This document shows positions 16,465-24,118 of a DNA stretch of 64,000 nucleotides, piece after piece. Origin of the DNA: a virus; IMG/VR virus record IMGVR_UViG_3300045988_107814, positions 154,922-218,921 of that record; one strand, written 5' to 3'. The position numbers and the translations under genes are program-made. A model generated the notes under the pieces. That model searched no databases. It saw only the letters and a program-made list of their open reading frames with translations, and had not been told where the DNA came from. The first letter of the stretch is position 1. Each line of letters begins with the position of its first letter.

Positions 16465-17304
16465 ATGTTTGAATATAATGATTTATTCTCTTACTTTAAT
16501 GAAGCCGATGATGAAGAAGAGAAAAAAAAGAACGGTGATAAAGATACTGAAGATGACAAGAAAGAAGATAAGAAATCTGAGGATAAAAAAGAAGATAAAG
16601 ATGATGACTCCGATTACAATGATCTGATGGATAGTGACAAAGATACAGAAGATGATGAATCTGAAGATTATAATGATTTAATGTCTGATGATTCAGAAGA
16701 GGATATTTCTACAGATGATGTAGCAACAGATAGTTCTGATGATAGTGATTATAATGATTTAATAGGTGATTCTAGCGATTCCAATAGTAGTTGCTGCAAT
16801 GTATACGAAAAAGCTTTAAAAGCTGCATATGCTTCGACTGTTGTAGTCTCTAACTTAAATTATATTTCTTTCAAAGTTATTGGTCAAGGCCTCGATAGTA
16901 CAAAACGTATTATTGAAAGTCTTGTATGGAATATTGATAATGTTTCAAGAACATTTTATCATTTTGCATCAGAATCTCCTTTATGTGAAATTGATAATCC
17001 TATTAGAGCTAAGGAACATTGTGAAGATGTTTCTGTTGCAATTGAAAATGAATATGAATGGAGAGAAGCACTAGAATTTATTGATAAGAATATTAATGAA
17101 TTACTTGTATATATTAAGTGCTTAAATGATATGCCAGGATTAAGAAAAGATATAGCTGACGTATGTGGTTGCTGTATTGGAACTATAGAAAGAGTTTCTA
17201 ACAATGATATACGAAAGACTTTAGCAGGTAAGTCTTCAGACACTTCAACAGCAGTAATTGCAGTTAAGTCTGAATCTTGTGATTATTATAACGACATATT
17301 TTAA
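16465..17304 (+). CDS. acidic repeat protein (four (D/E)YNDL motifs in a D/E/S/K-rich N-terminal 109 aa, plus a Cys-containing C-terminal domain)
   Basis: AAGGAGGG SD. EYNDLF, DYNDLM, DYNDLM and DYNDLI at aa 3, 50, 68 and 95. Confidence 0.75.
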   Translation: MFEYNDLFSYFNEADDEEEKKKNGDKDTEDDKKEDKKSEDKKEDKDDDSDYNDLMDSDKDTEDDESEDYNDLMSDDSEEDISTDDVATDSSDDSDYNDLIGDSSDSNSSCCNVYEKALKAAYASTVVVSNLNYISFKVIGQGLDSTKRIIESLVWNIDNVSRTFYHFASESPLCEIDNPIRAKEHCEDVSVAIENEYEWREALEFIDKNINELLVYIKCLNDMPGLRKDIADVCGCCIGTIERVSNNDIRKTLAGKSSDTSTAVIAVKSESCDYYNDIF

Positions 17305-17314
17305 GAAAATACAA

Positions 17315-17344
17315 TCTCCAGAGGATACTTAAATCCTCTGGAGA
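17315..17344. terminator. bidirectional terminator between convergent genes
   Basis: TCTCCAGAGGA tacttaaa TCCTCTGGAGA, 11-bp stem with T-rich flanks on both strands. Confidence 0.75.
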
Positions 17345-17354
17345 CTTACTTTAT

Positions 17355-17708
17355 TTATACTACATATGGATCTCTACCAAATATTCTCGTTGCTGTCTCA
17401 AGCTCTTTATTAAGATCCTCAATGCATCTAAGAGCTTTTAATTTATTTTCCTCTTTATCGTAATAGATTGTAAGATTAGATACGTAAGCAGTACTTAAAC
17501 CATTTCCAGTCCAAATTAATGATGTTCTGAATCTAATATCATATTCAAAATTATATTTCTTATATACTGTCTCATAAACAGTCATTTCCAGAATAGAACT
17601 TTGACCTTTAGCTGGAATAAAAAAGTTTATACCATTAACTTTGAAGTTAGCTTCTTTTTTCAGTACTGTTACTTTACATTTAACTTGTTCTCTTTCTCTC
17701 TTTTTCAT
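17355..17708 (-). CDS. hypothetical protein
   Basis: ORF 17355-17729. Start moved to ATG 17708 (MKKREREQ...), 9 nt after GAGGTG. Confidence 0.65.
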   Translation of the reverse strand: MKKREREQVKCKVTVLKKEANFKVNGINFFIPAKGQSSILEMTVYETVYKKYNFEYDIRFRTSLIWTGNGLSTAYVSNLTIYYDKEENKLKALRCIEDLNKELETATRIFGRDPYVV

Positions 17709-17721
17709 TTCATATATCACC

Positions 17722-18255
17722 TCAATCAAGATTAGTCCACTTCGGGCAAGGAGAACTTACCTTAAGACCTTCATGTGCAGGAATTGTAGTTTCGTTCTTC
17801 TCATAACGAGGAGATCCATCTTCATTAACACCTGTCTTCATTGGGAACTTCTTCTGGGTCTCTGGAATTTCCTTAAGCTGAATAGAAATATCGGACTTCT
17901 CAGTAGCACCGAGATTAATCTTTCTACCTGTTCTCAAAGCACTATTAACAAAGTCCTTAGAAAGAGTTACCATTGTAGATGCATCAGACTTCTTTACCTC
18001 ATAACTATCTACAATACTACAAGCTTCTACCTTAGGCATCTTTGTCGTAGATGCAATGATACCAGCAACCATTTCTCTATATTCAGTTGCAGGACAATGA
18101 GTTTCTTGAGATGACCAATCCTTTACAACAAAGTTTCTGTCATTAAGCATTGCACGCATAACAGCTTCTTCATCACGTCTAGATGCAGATTTCTGTTTCA
18201 AATTTTCTCTGATGTCATTGATTAGCTCCTGTACACTTACGTTGTTGTTTTCCAT
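17722..18255 (-). CDS. hypothetical protein
   Basis: ORF 17722-18330. Start moved to ATG 18255 (MENNNVSVQ...), preceded by AAGGAGGAAAATAAA. Confidence 0.7.
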   Translation of the reverse strand: MENNNVSVQELINDIRENLKQKSASRRDEEAVMRAMLNDRNFVVKDWSSQETHCPATEYREMVAGIIASTTKMPKVEACSIVDSYEVKKSDASTMVTLSKDFVNSALRTGRKINLGATEKSDISIQLKEIPETQKKFPMKTGVNEDGSPRYEKNETTIPAHEGLKVSSPCPKWTNLD

Positions 18256-18317
18256 TTTATTTTCCTCCTTAATGGAATTTAATTTATTATTAAACGTTTT
18301 CATTTGAAAACGAATAA

Positions 18318-18761
18318 TTACATATAACAAACTACAATTTTGACATTTATATCATTAAAAGTATATTTGATAAGATTTCTGACTAAATTCCAGTTCATCT
18401 TATCTAAGCCAGAACCAATTTTAGGCATTGCTAATAGTCTGATTCTTTGTTTTAAAACTTGTTTCCTTAGATCTACTAAAGAATTTAAGATAGTTTTCTT
18501 GGTAGGTTTTTGATAATAGTTTCGTTTTGTTACTAAGTTAAACACTTTTCCATCTTGAACACAAAATCCTTTTGCTAGGGATTTGTCCCATTCAGATAAC
18601 ATATTGTAATGACTTCTTCTTAAATTTTCTCTTGTATTAAAATGCTCATTAAATTGGACTGCGATTCCAGCACCCATTGCAAAATCAGCACTAATGCATT
18701 GTACCAGATAATAATCATCAGATACACTAAATAAATCTCTTTGTTCCTCACTATAAACCAT
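18318..18761 (-). CDS. macrodomain protein, TARG1/OARD1/DarG-like (ADP-ribose hydrolase family)
   Basis: LVQCISADFAMGAGIAVQF matches TARG1 VHCISEDCRMGAGIAVLF, and LAMPKIGSGLDKMNWNLV matches LSMPRIGCGLDRLQWENV. Length (147 aa) fits a single macrodomain. Confidence 0.85.
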   Translation of the reverse strand: MVYSEEQRDLFSVSDDYYLVQCISADFAMGAGIAVQFNEHFNTRENLRRSHYNMLSEWDKSLAKGFCVQDGKVFNLVTKRNYYQKPTKKTILNSLVDLRKQVLKQRIRLLAMPKIGSGLDKMNWNLVRNLIKYTFNDINVKIVVCYM

Positions 18762-18763
18762 AA

Positions 18764-18922
18764 TTACACCTTTTTCTTTCTAGGATTGATATTGTCCCAT
18801 TGAAATACAAACAATCCATTATTTGAATTGTTTTTACCGTTTCTTTTTATATATTCTTGAATGTCTTCATCAGTCATTGTCATCAATTTATCGATGAACT
18901 TTTCTTTCTTATCTTCTTTCAA
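18764..18922 (-). CDS. small hypothetical protein (52 aa, TTG start)
   Basis: Not in the ORF track. GGAGG 8 nt upstream of TTG 18922. MKEDKKEKFIDKLMTMTDEDIQEYIKRNGKNNSNNGLFVFQWDNINPRKKKV. Stop lies 2 nt before the macrodomain ATG. Confidence 0.35.
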   Translation of the reverse strand: MKEDKKEKFIDKLMTMTDEDIQEYIKRNGKNNSNNGLFVFQWDNINPRKKKV

Positions 18923-19036
18923 TTTTATTACCTCCATCATTCATTTATAGATATGTTTAAGAGGTAGTAAAAACATACGCAATGCGTTCATTAATCAACA
19001 TTAAAATAAAAGAATGAAATTAAAGGAGGTCGTTTT

Positions 19037-19810
19037 ATGATTAATGAAAGTTCTTTAATAGGAGTACAACCTAATGAAGTCGATGTTATAAAAATTCCAA
19101 AAGATATTCCAGCTATGGATATTGAAGATTATGATTTATTTGATGACAAAGATAGAGAAAAATATATTAAAGATTTAGAAAGAACAATTAGATCGTCTTA
19201 TGAGTATAGAAATATGATTCAATATCTAAGAGAATATATGAATATGAATTCTTGTGCATTTATGCCTAATGTAACAAATGATGTCAATAGAAGAATTAAG
19301 ATTGAAATACATCATTCTCCATTTACTTTAAGAGATGTATGCGTTACGATTATAAATAAGAGAATGAAAAATAATGAACCTCTTACTATAGAATCTGTAG
19401 CATATGAAGTAATGTATGTACATTATTGTTTAATGGTAGGATTGATTCCTTTGTCTGAAACAGTACACCAATTAGTGCATACACAATATATTTTTATCCC
19501 TGTAGATAAAGTATATGGATATTATAAGAATTTCGTGAAATCTTATTATGATTATATTGATCCAGAATTATTAGATAAACTTGATGAGTTAGAAAAACTT
19601 ACTATCGCTGGTACATATAATGACTCTTATAAAGAAGTACTTGAAAAGAAATATGTTACTGTTGATATGGAAGGCAATAATCAAATTGAAAAATTACATG
19701 ATCTGCAAGAAACATTAAAACAAAGATTGAGTGAACTTAGAGGAGATTCTCAAGAAACTCCAAATAAGGATTATTCTAATTCTCCTTTATTACATCCTCA
19801 AAATATGTAA
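19037..19810 (+). CDS. hypothetical protein, paralog of 61697-62434 (HH...TVHQLxH motifs)
   Basis: AAAGGAGG SD. Shares IEIHHSP.../...IPLSETVHQLVH blocks with the other ORF. Confidence 0.75.
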   Translation: MINESSLIGVQPNEVDVIKIPKDIPAMDIEDYDLFDDKDREKYIKDLERTIRSSYEYRNMIQYLREYMNMNSCAFMPNVTNDVNRRIKIEIHHSPFTLRDVCVTIINKRMKNNEPLTIESVAYEVMYVHYCLMVGLIPLSETVHQLVHTQYIFIPVDKVYGYYKNFVKSYYDYIDPELLDKLDELEKLTIAGTYNDSYKEVLEKKYVTVDMEGNNQIEKLHDLQETLKQRLSELRGDSQETPNKDYSNSPLLHPQNM

Positions 19811-19824
19811 ATGACAAAGAAATC

Positions 19825-19849
19825 CCCGTAGGAATTTTGTTCCTACGGG
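19825..19849 (+). terminator. rho-independent terminator
   Basis: CCCGTAGGAA ttttg TTCCTACGGG followed by TTTTT. Confidence 0.85.
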
Positions 19850-19909
19850 TTTTTCATTCAGTATATCTTTTGGAGTATATTACCAGTGTGTCTGACATTA
19901 CATCAGACT

Positions 19910-19985
19910 TGGTTGGGATAGCTGGATTTGAACCAGCGGAATGACGGAGTCAAAGTCCGTTGCCTTACCACTTGGCTATATCCCA
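19910..19985 (-). tRNA. tRNA-Gln (anticodon UUG)
   Basis: Cloverleaf on the minus strand. Acceptor TGGGATA/TATCCCA, D arm GCC-AAGTGGTAA-GGC, anticodon stem ACGGA/TCCGT with loop CTTTGAC, and T arm GCTGG-TTCAAAT-CCAGC. Discriminator A and encoded CCA. Very close to bacterial tRNA-Gln. Variable region appears to be 6 nt. Confidence 0.85.
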
Positions 19986-19993
19986 TCATTCAT

Positions 19994-20009
19994 ATTTACT
20001 TATAAGTTA
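19994..20009 (-). promoter_or_regulatory. copy of 16-nt motif, directly upstream of the tRNA (best promoter candidate)
   Basis: Minus strand reads TAACTTATAAGTAAAT, ending 8 nt before the tRNA 5' end and lying after terminator 20028-20049. Confidence 0.5.
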
Positions 20010-20027
20010 GTGTGGTTATAAAAAATA

Positions 20028-20049
20028 ACAGGTGGTATTAACCACCTGT
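20028..20049 (-). terminator. rho-independent terminator after gene 20085-20549
   Basis: ACAGGTGGT atta ACCACCTGT followed on the minus strand by TATTTTTTA. Confidence 0.8.
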
Positions 20050-20084
20050 CAAAATTTTCCAGCATGACGCTAAAGAAATACATG

Positions 20085-20549
20085 TTAGCAATTTCTATTT
20101 GCTAACGTCAATCTAGAAATTTCTTTAATCTTAAATTCTCCATTTTCTAGTTCATAGTAACCATTCATTTTAATTACTGGTTGATCTAGCTTAGAATAAT
20201 ATAAAGAATTAATAACTTCAATCTCTAATGAGTCTTCTCCATTTTCTTCATCTCTAATATACCTAAGTACTTTAGCAACAATATTATCACCATCATCTGG
20301 ATATTCGGAATTATGACATATTTGCATATTGCCTTCTCTAAAGTTAACCCTATTATTAGGATGATTAGGATCACTCACTCTAGGTTCATAGATAAATATC
20401 ATTCCATTATTATTATTAGAAATACTTTTGAAAAGATTATTTCTAACCTCATCAAAATTAGTTATCTTATTACCTTTGAGTAAATAACTCATATTCTTTT
20501 TTGTCATGAAGAAATTAACGATAGCTTTTGATTCTTTGGTTGATAGCAT
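20085..20549 (-). CDS. hypothetical protein
   Basis: 154-aa ORF. AAGGAGA ~10 nt upstream of ATG 20549. Overlaps the 3' end of the upstream ORF by 46 nt. Confidence 0.65.
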   Translation of the reverse strand: MLSTKESKAIVNFFMTKKNMSYLLKGNKITNFDEVRNNLFKSISNNNNGMIFIYEPRVSDPNHPNNRVNFREGNMQICHNSEYPDDGDNIVAKVLRYIRDEENGEDSLEIEVINSLYYSKLDQPVIKMNGYYELENGEFKIKEISRLTLANRNC

Positions 20550-20941
20550 GTAAATTCATTCTCCTTTCGTTTGTACAACTCTACATAATTTTTGAATAAC
20601 TGCAAATACTTAGTTTGTCTATGAGGATTAGACTTGTTACTTTTAATGTTAACAAGATTATTTCCATTCTTTACATAGAAATAAACTACATTGATTTTAT
20701 TATTACTATCTACCTTATATAGTAATCTAACTTGAATTTTGTTGAATTGTGATTTATAAACGTAGAAACCGTCATCTACAATATCATGAATAATATTACC
20801 ATCTCCAAATACATTGGAGATGGCAATATTTTGTTCTTGATAATACTTATAACGATTTTCTAGTTTACTAATACACTTATCAACTGCTTTACGAATACTT
20901 GGATCTAATTTCTTGTATTCTTTACACGAGTTAATAATCAT
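20504..20941 (-). CDS. hypothetical protein with RelE/ParE (HigB/Gp49-like) toxin-fold pattern
   Basis: CKEYKKLDPSIRKAVDKCISKL followed by FYVYKSQFNKIQVRLLYKVDSNNKINVVYFYVKNG. This resembles the RelE pattern (...CYKIKLRSSGYRLVYQVIDEKVVVFVISVGKR). Start lies 5 nt after the topoisomerase A stop, with its SD inside that gene. Confidence 0.45.
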   Translation of the reverse strand: MIINSCKEYKKLDPSIRKAVDKCISKLENRYKYYQEQNIAISNVFGDGNIIHDIVDDGFYVYKSQFNKIQVRLLYKVDSNNKINVVYFYVKNGNNLVNIKSNKSNPHRQTKYLQLFKNYVELYKRKENEFTCYQPKNQKLSLISS

Positions 20942-20946
20942 ATTAA

Positions 20947-23361
20947 TTAAACCTTCTTTACTCTCATTTTTACAACTTCTCCACCTTTAATCATTTTAAT
21001 TCCAGTACTAATACTTGTACCAGACGGAATACTAGATACAGGAATTTCAATAATTTCTCCAGTAGGTGCAATAGTTGCCTCTAGAATTTCATTTTGATTT
21101 ACACCGCACATAGCTACGATGTTGTCTGTCTTACTAAGTTTAATCACATTACTACCAGCTTTACTTCTTCCCTTTTGTACACAATCTGGAATAATTCTGT
21201 TAACATAACCATTCTTAGTAACTACTACAATATCCTTAAATCCCTTACAAATAACAGACATACCTTCAACGTTAGTTGTTTTACTAGACATTGAGATACA
21301 GCCTCTTGAATTTCGTTTAAGAATAGGAATCTCATTAATATCGATTCTCAAAGCTTTCTTACTACCATATACTACGATCTCTGCATTATTGTTAAACATA
21401 AGCATATCGATAATTTTATCATTACCATCAAGCTTACAATACACAAGACCACTAGTGGGAACATTAAGAAAATCAGTAGTTGTCATTCTCTTAATAAATC
21501 CATCCTTTGTAAGGGTAACAACAAATCCTTTACTATATTGCTCCATTACTACATCATATACTACAGATGTGATTTGAGAATTAATATACTTATTAATCAA
21601 TCGAATATCAATACCACTTGAGTTTTTATCTGCAAATGGAATTTTAGCAATTGGAATGTTATAAACTTTACCAAACTCATCAAACAACAAAATGTTTCTG
21701 CTGTTATCACCAGCTACAACAAATTTTACATTATCATTCTTAGGTTTAGTAATAGGATCATTTACTCCAATCTTTTTAATGAAGTTATTTTCAGTAATAA
21801 CAACTTTAAATGTTCCAGCTGCTACACCATTAACTTCAGATTCTGAAATGAGTTTGCATTTTCTAGGCATACCATATTTTGCTTTAATTTCAAGAAGCTC
21901 ATTGATAATATTCTGCTCGATAGCACCATCTGTAACAATGACATCTGTACAAGCTTTAATATCTTGATTCAATTTAACTTCTTCTTGTTTAAAGATATTA
22001 TAATATCCCTTTGAAAGTTTCTTCAGTTCACAATTGATAAAGAACTTAGCTTGAATATCAGTAATCTTACATTTCTTGATCAGCATTTCAATCAATACAT
22101 TATCATCTGTAGATTTATTACTTTTAATCATATTGATAATGTCGTCAGAAATACCTCTCTCAATTGCCATAATATACATACTGATAACATGCTTTCTTGT
22201 CATAAGCTTCTGAATACGATTATCAAAGTATCTTAACTTGGTAAGCTTTCTAAACTCAATCCAAGCTTTTAGATACCCAGTATAAGATAATCTCTTTACA
22301 GGATACGCTCTATCTCCAGTATCCATAACTTTAAGATTAACTCTTGCCGTCTGGAGAAGATTAGTATTCTTATAAATTTCATTACGAATATAATTTGGAT
22401 CCGTACCAGGTTTAAGAACAATTACAAATCTCATATGATCAAGATCAGACTTATGCTTTTTACCAGTTCTGTCTTTCTCAATAAAAGATTGTTCTTCCAT
22501 ATCAATGATACCAATAATCTTGTTCTTTTTAACCATTTCTGTTAACTTAAGAATTGCAGTTTCTAGAAACGTTTGATTAGGACAAGACTTAATAACAAGT
22601 GTTTGACAATCCCTATATTTGTTATTATCACCTTTATAAGGTTCAATATCAATTACACTTCTTACTTTATAATTACCATATCCTTTAGCACTAATATCGG
22701 CCCAGTCAGTATCTACGATTTCACATGCTTGACAATGATCTGGAACTAATGCAATCTTTGCTTTTGGATTTTGAATCAAAGTAATAGTAGCATCTATTAC
22801 TTCATTGATATTATGTGATGGGATATCTACTTTATCACCAACACTAATACCTGTACAACCGTTAATCAATAACAGTGGTACTTTACAAGGTAGAAAATTA
22901 GGTTCAGGTTTAGATTCATCATAATTCCTTCCCCAATCTACAACTTCTTTAAATGATACCAACTCATCAAGAATACATTCCTGAGCAAACTTACTTAACT
23001 TTACTTCAGTATAACGATAAGATGCAGGAACGTTTTGATACGTGTTACCAAAGTTACCTTGTCCTTCAAACAACGGAATCTTTGTTTGAAACCAATTTGT
23101 CATTGTACACAGTGCTCCATAAATACTAGAGTCACCATGAGGGTGATAACCACCCATTGTAGAACCTACAATGTCTGCACATTTTCTATTATCTAGTGCA
23201 TTAGATACAAATCTTGCTGTATACAAGATTCTTCTTTGAACAGGCTTTAAACCATCTCTAAGTTCAGGAGTAGTTCTATGTCTTTCTACATATAGAGCAT
23301 ACTCTTTATAGTCTTTGGTATACTGTTCATTAGCTTTTGTGTCTACGATAGTTTGTGGCAT
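20947..23361 (-). CDS. type IIA DNA topoisomerase, subunit A (GyrA/ParC-like)
   Basis: RDGLKPVQRRILY, GGYHPHGD, active-site region ASYRYTEVKL, and a long C-terminal beta-pinwheel-sized domain. Confidence 0.92.
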   Translation of the reverse strand: MPQTIVDTKANEQYTKDYKEYALYVERHRTTPELRDGLKPVQRRILYTARFVSNALDNRKCADIVGSTMGGYHPHGDSSIYGALCTMTNWFQTKIPLFEGQGNFGNTYQNVPASYRYTEVKLSKFAQECILDELVSFKEVVDWGRNYDESKPEPNFLPCKVPLLLINGCTGISVGDKVDIPSHNINEVIDATITLIQNPKAKIALVPDHCQACEIVDTDWADISAKGYGNYKVRSVIDIEPYKGDNNKYRDCQTLVIKSCPNQTFLETAILKLTEMVKKNKIIGIIDMEEQSFIEKDRTGKKHKSDLDHMRFVIVLKPGTDPNYIRNEIYKNTNLLQTARVNLKVMDTGDRAYPVKRLSYTGYLKAWIEFRKLTKLRYFDNRIQKLMTRKHVISMYIMAIERGISDDIINMIKSNKSTDDNVLIEMLIKKCKITDIQAKFFINCELKKLSKGYYNIFKQEEVKLNQDIKACTDVIVTDGAIEQNIINELLEIKAKYGMPRKCKLISESEVNGVAAGTFKVVITENNFIKKIGVNDPITKPKNDNVKFVVAGDNSRNILLFDEFGKVYNIPIAKIPFADKNSSGIDIRLINKYINSQITSVVYDVVMEQYSKGFVVTLTKDGFIKRMTTTDFLNVPTSGLVYCKLDGNDKIIDMLMFNNNAEIVVYGSKKALRIDINEIPILKRNSRGCISMSSKTTNVEGMSVICKGFKDIVVVTKNGYVNRIIPDCVQKGRSKAGSNVIKLSKTDNIVAMCGVNQNEILEATIAPTGEIIEIPVSSIPSGTSISTGIKMIKGGEVVKMRVKKV

Positions 23362-23439
23362 ATAAATACCTCCAATTATTTTATTTATTAAGCTGTTGTT
23401 GCTTAATCATTTTTATAATATATAGACATATCAAAATTT

Positions 23440-23468
23440 CCTCTCTACGAGACTTGCCCGTAGAGAGG
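23440..23468 (-). terminator. terminator after gene 23493-23981
   Basis: CCTCTCTACG agacttgcc CGTAGAGAGG, 10-bp stem with a modest T tract. Confidence 0.6.
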
Positions 23469-23492
23469 ATTGGAGATTATCTCATGTATCTA

Positions 23493-23981
23493 TTATTCAG
23501 AAACTTCTGCCTTAGCATAGTCTTCGGAATCTGTAACTTCATCCATCATATCCTTTTCGAGGTCTGCATAGTTTTCCTTAACAGACTTGCCCTTAACGAT
23601 AGAGAAGGAATTTACATATGTGATTTCGCCAGTTTCATAGTCCTTATGACAACGAATACCCATTACATGCTTATCAGCATTGAATTTACCTGCATAGGAT
23701 TCTTGAACAGAAACTGTAAAGGTGTTATCAGTGTTGAACTTAATGATTGTACCGAACTGTGCATAACCCTTGAGCTGGTCGTTGTCAAACAGTTCTGCCT
23801 TGCTCATGTTTACAGGGATAGCAACCTTGTCGAAGGAAATAGAACAGAGAAGATTGTATAGAGAATCGATGTTTCCAGCATAGAAATCAGAATCAGCGAT
23901 CTCAACCTTGATCTTAGTAAACTTCGGCTTTGCCTTCTTGAACTTGTTGTCACCTTTGTTGTTGTTTTTAAAATTAGCCAT
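23493..23981 (-). CDS. hypothetical protein; possible ssDNA-binding protein (basic N-terminus, acidic C-terminal tail)
   Basis: AAAGGAGA SD. N-terminus KGDNKFKKAKPKF and C-terminus DMMDEVTDSEDYAKAEVSE. Sits between the two topoisomerase genes. GC-richer codons. Function is inferred only from charge layout and context. Confidence 0.5.
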   Translation of the reverse strand: MANFKNNNKGDNKFKKAKPKFTKIKVEIADSDFYAGNIDSLYNLLCSISFDKVAIPVNMSKAELFDNDQLKGYAQFGTIIKFNTDNTFTVSVQESYAGKFNADKHVMGIRCHKDYETGEITYVNSFSIVKGKSVKENYADLEKDMMDEVTDSEDYAKAEVSE

Positions 23982-24035
23982 TTTTAATTTCTCCTTTGAA
24001 TAGAATTTTAAGATTTTAGATTTATTTTGTTAAAT

Positions 24036-24051
24036 CTTTACATATTAGTTA
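24036..24051 (-). promoter_or_regulatory. variant copy of the 16-nt motif upstream of gene 23493-23981
   Basis: Minus strand reads TAACTAATATGTAAAG, immediately after terminator 24067-24091. Confidence 0.4.
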
Positions 24052-24066
24052 GGTCATTAGTAAAAA

Positions 24067-24091
24067 ACAACGGGCTGATGAAACCCGTTGT
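24067..24091 (-). terminator. rho-independent terminator after the topoisomerase B gene
   Basis: ACAACGGG ctgatgaaa CCCGTTGT followed on the minus strand by TTTTTT. Confidence 0.8.
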
Positions 24092-24118
24092 CTACTAGTT
24101 TGGAATATCTTTTCTAAC

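Noticed and set aside
17641-18114. 157-aa plus-strand ORF opposite 17722-18255
   Set aside because: No SD and an implausible composition. The minus-strand genes have strong SDs and tight coupling.
17722-18255. HU/IHF-like DNA-binding protein (RTGRKINLG resembling the HU arm RTGRNPxTGE)
   Set aside because: The resemblance is limited to a few residues. The length is twice that of HU, and the flanking HU helices cannot be aligned by eye.
23355-23861. 168-aa plus-strand ORF opposite 23493-23981
   Set aside because: It spans a terminator and an intergenic region, and it has no SD. The minus-strand ORF has an SD and a terminator.
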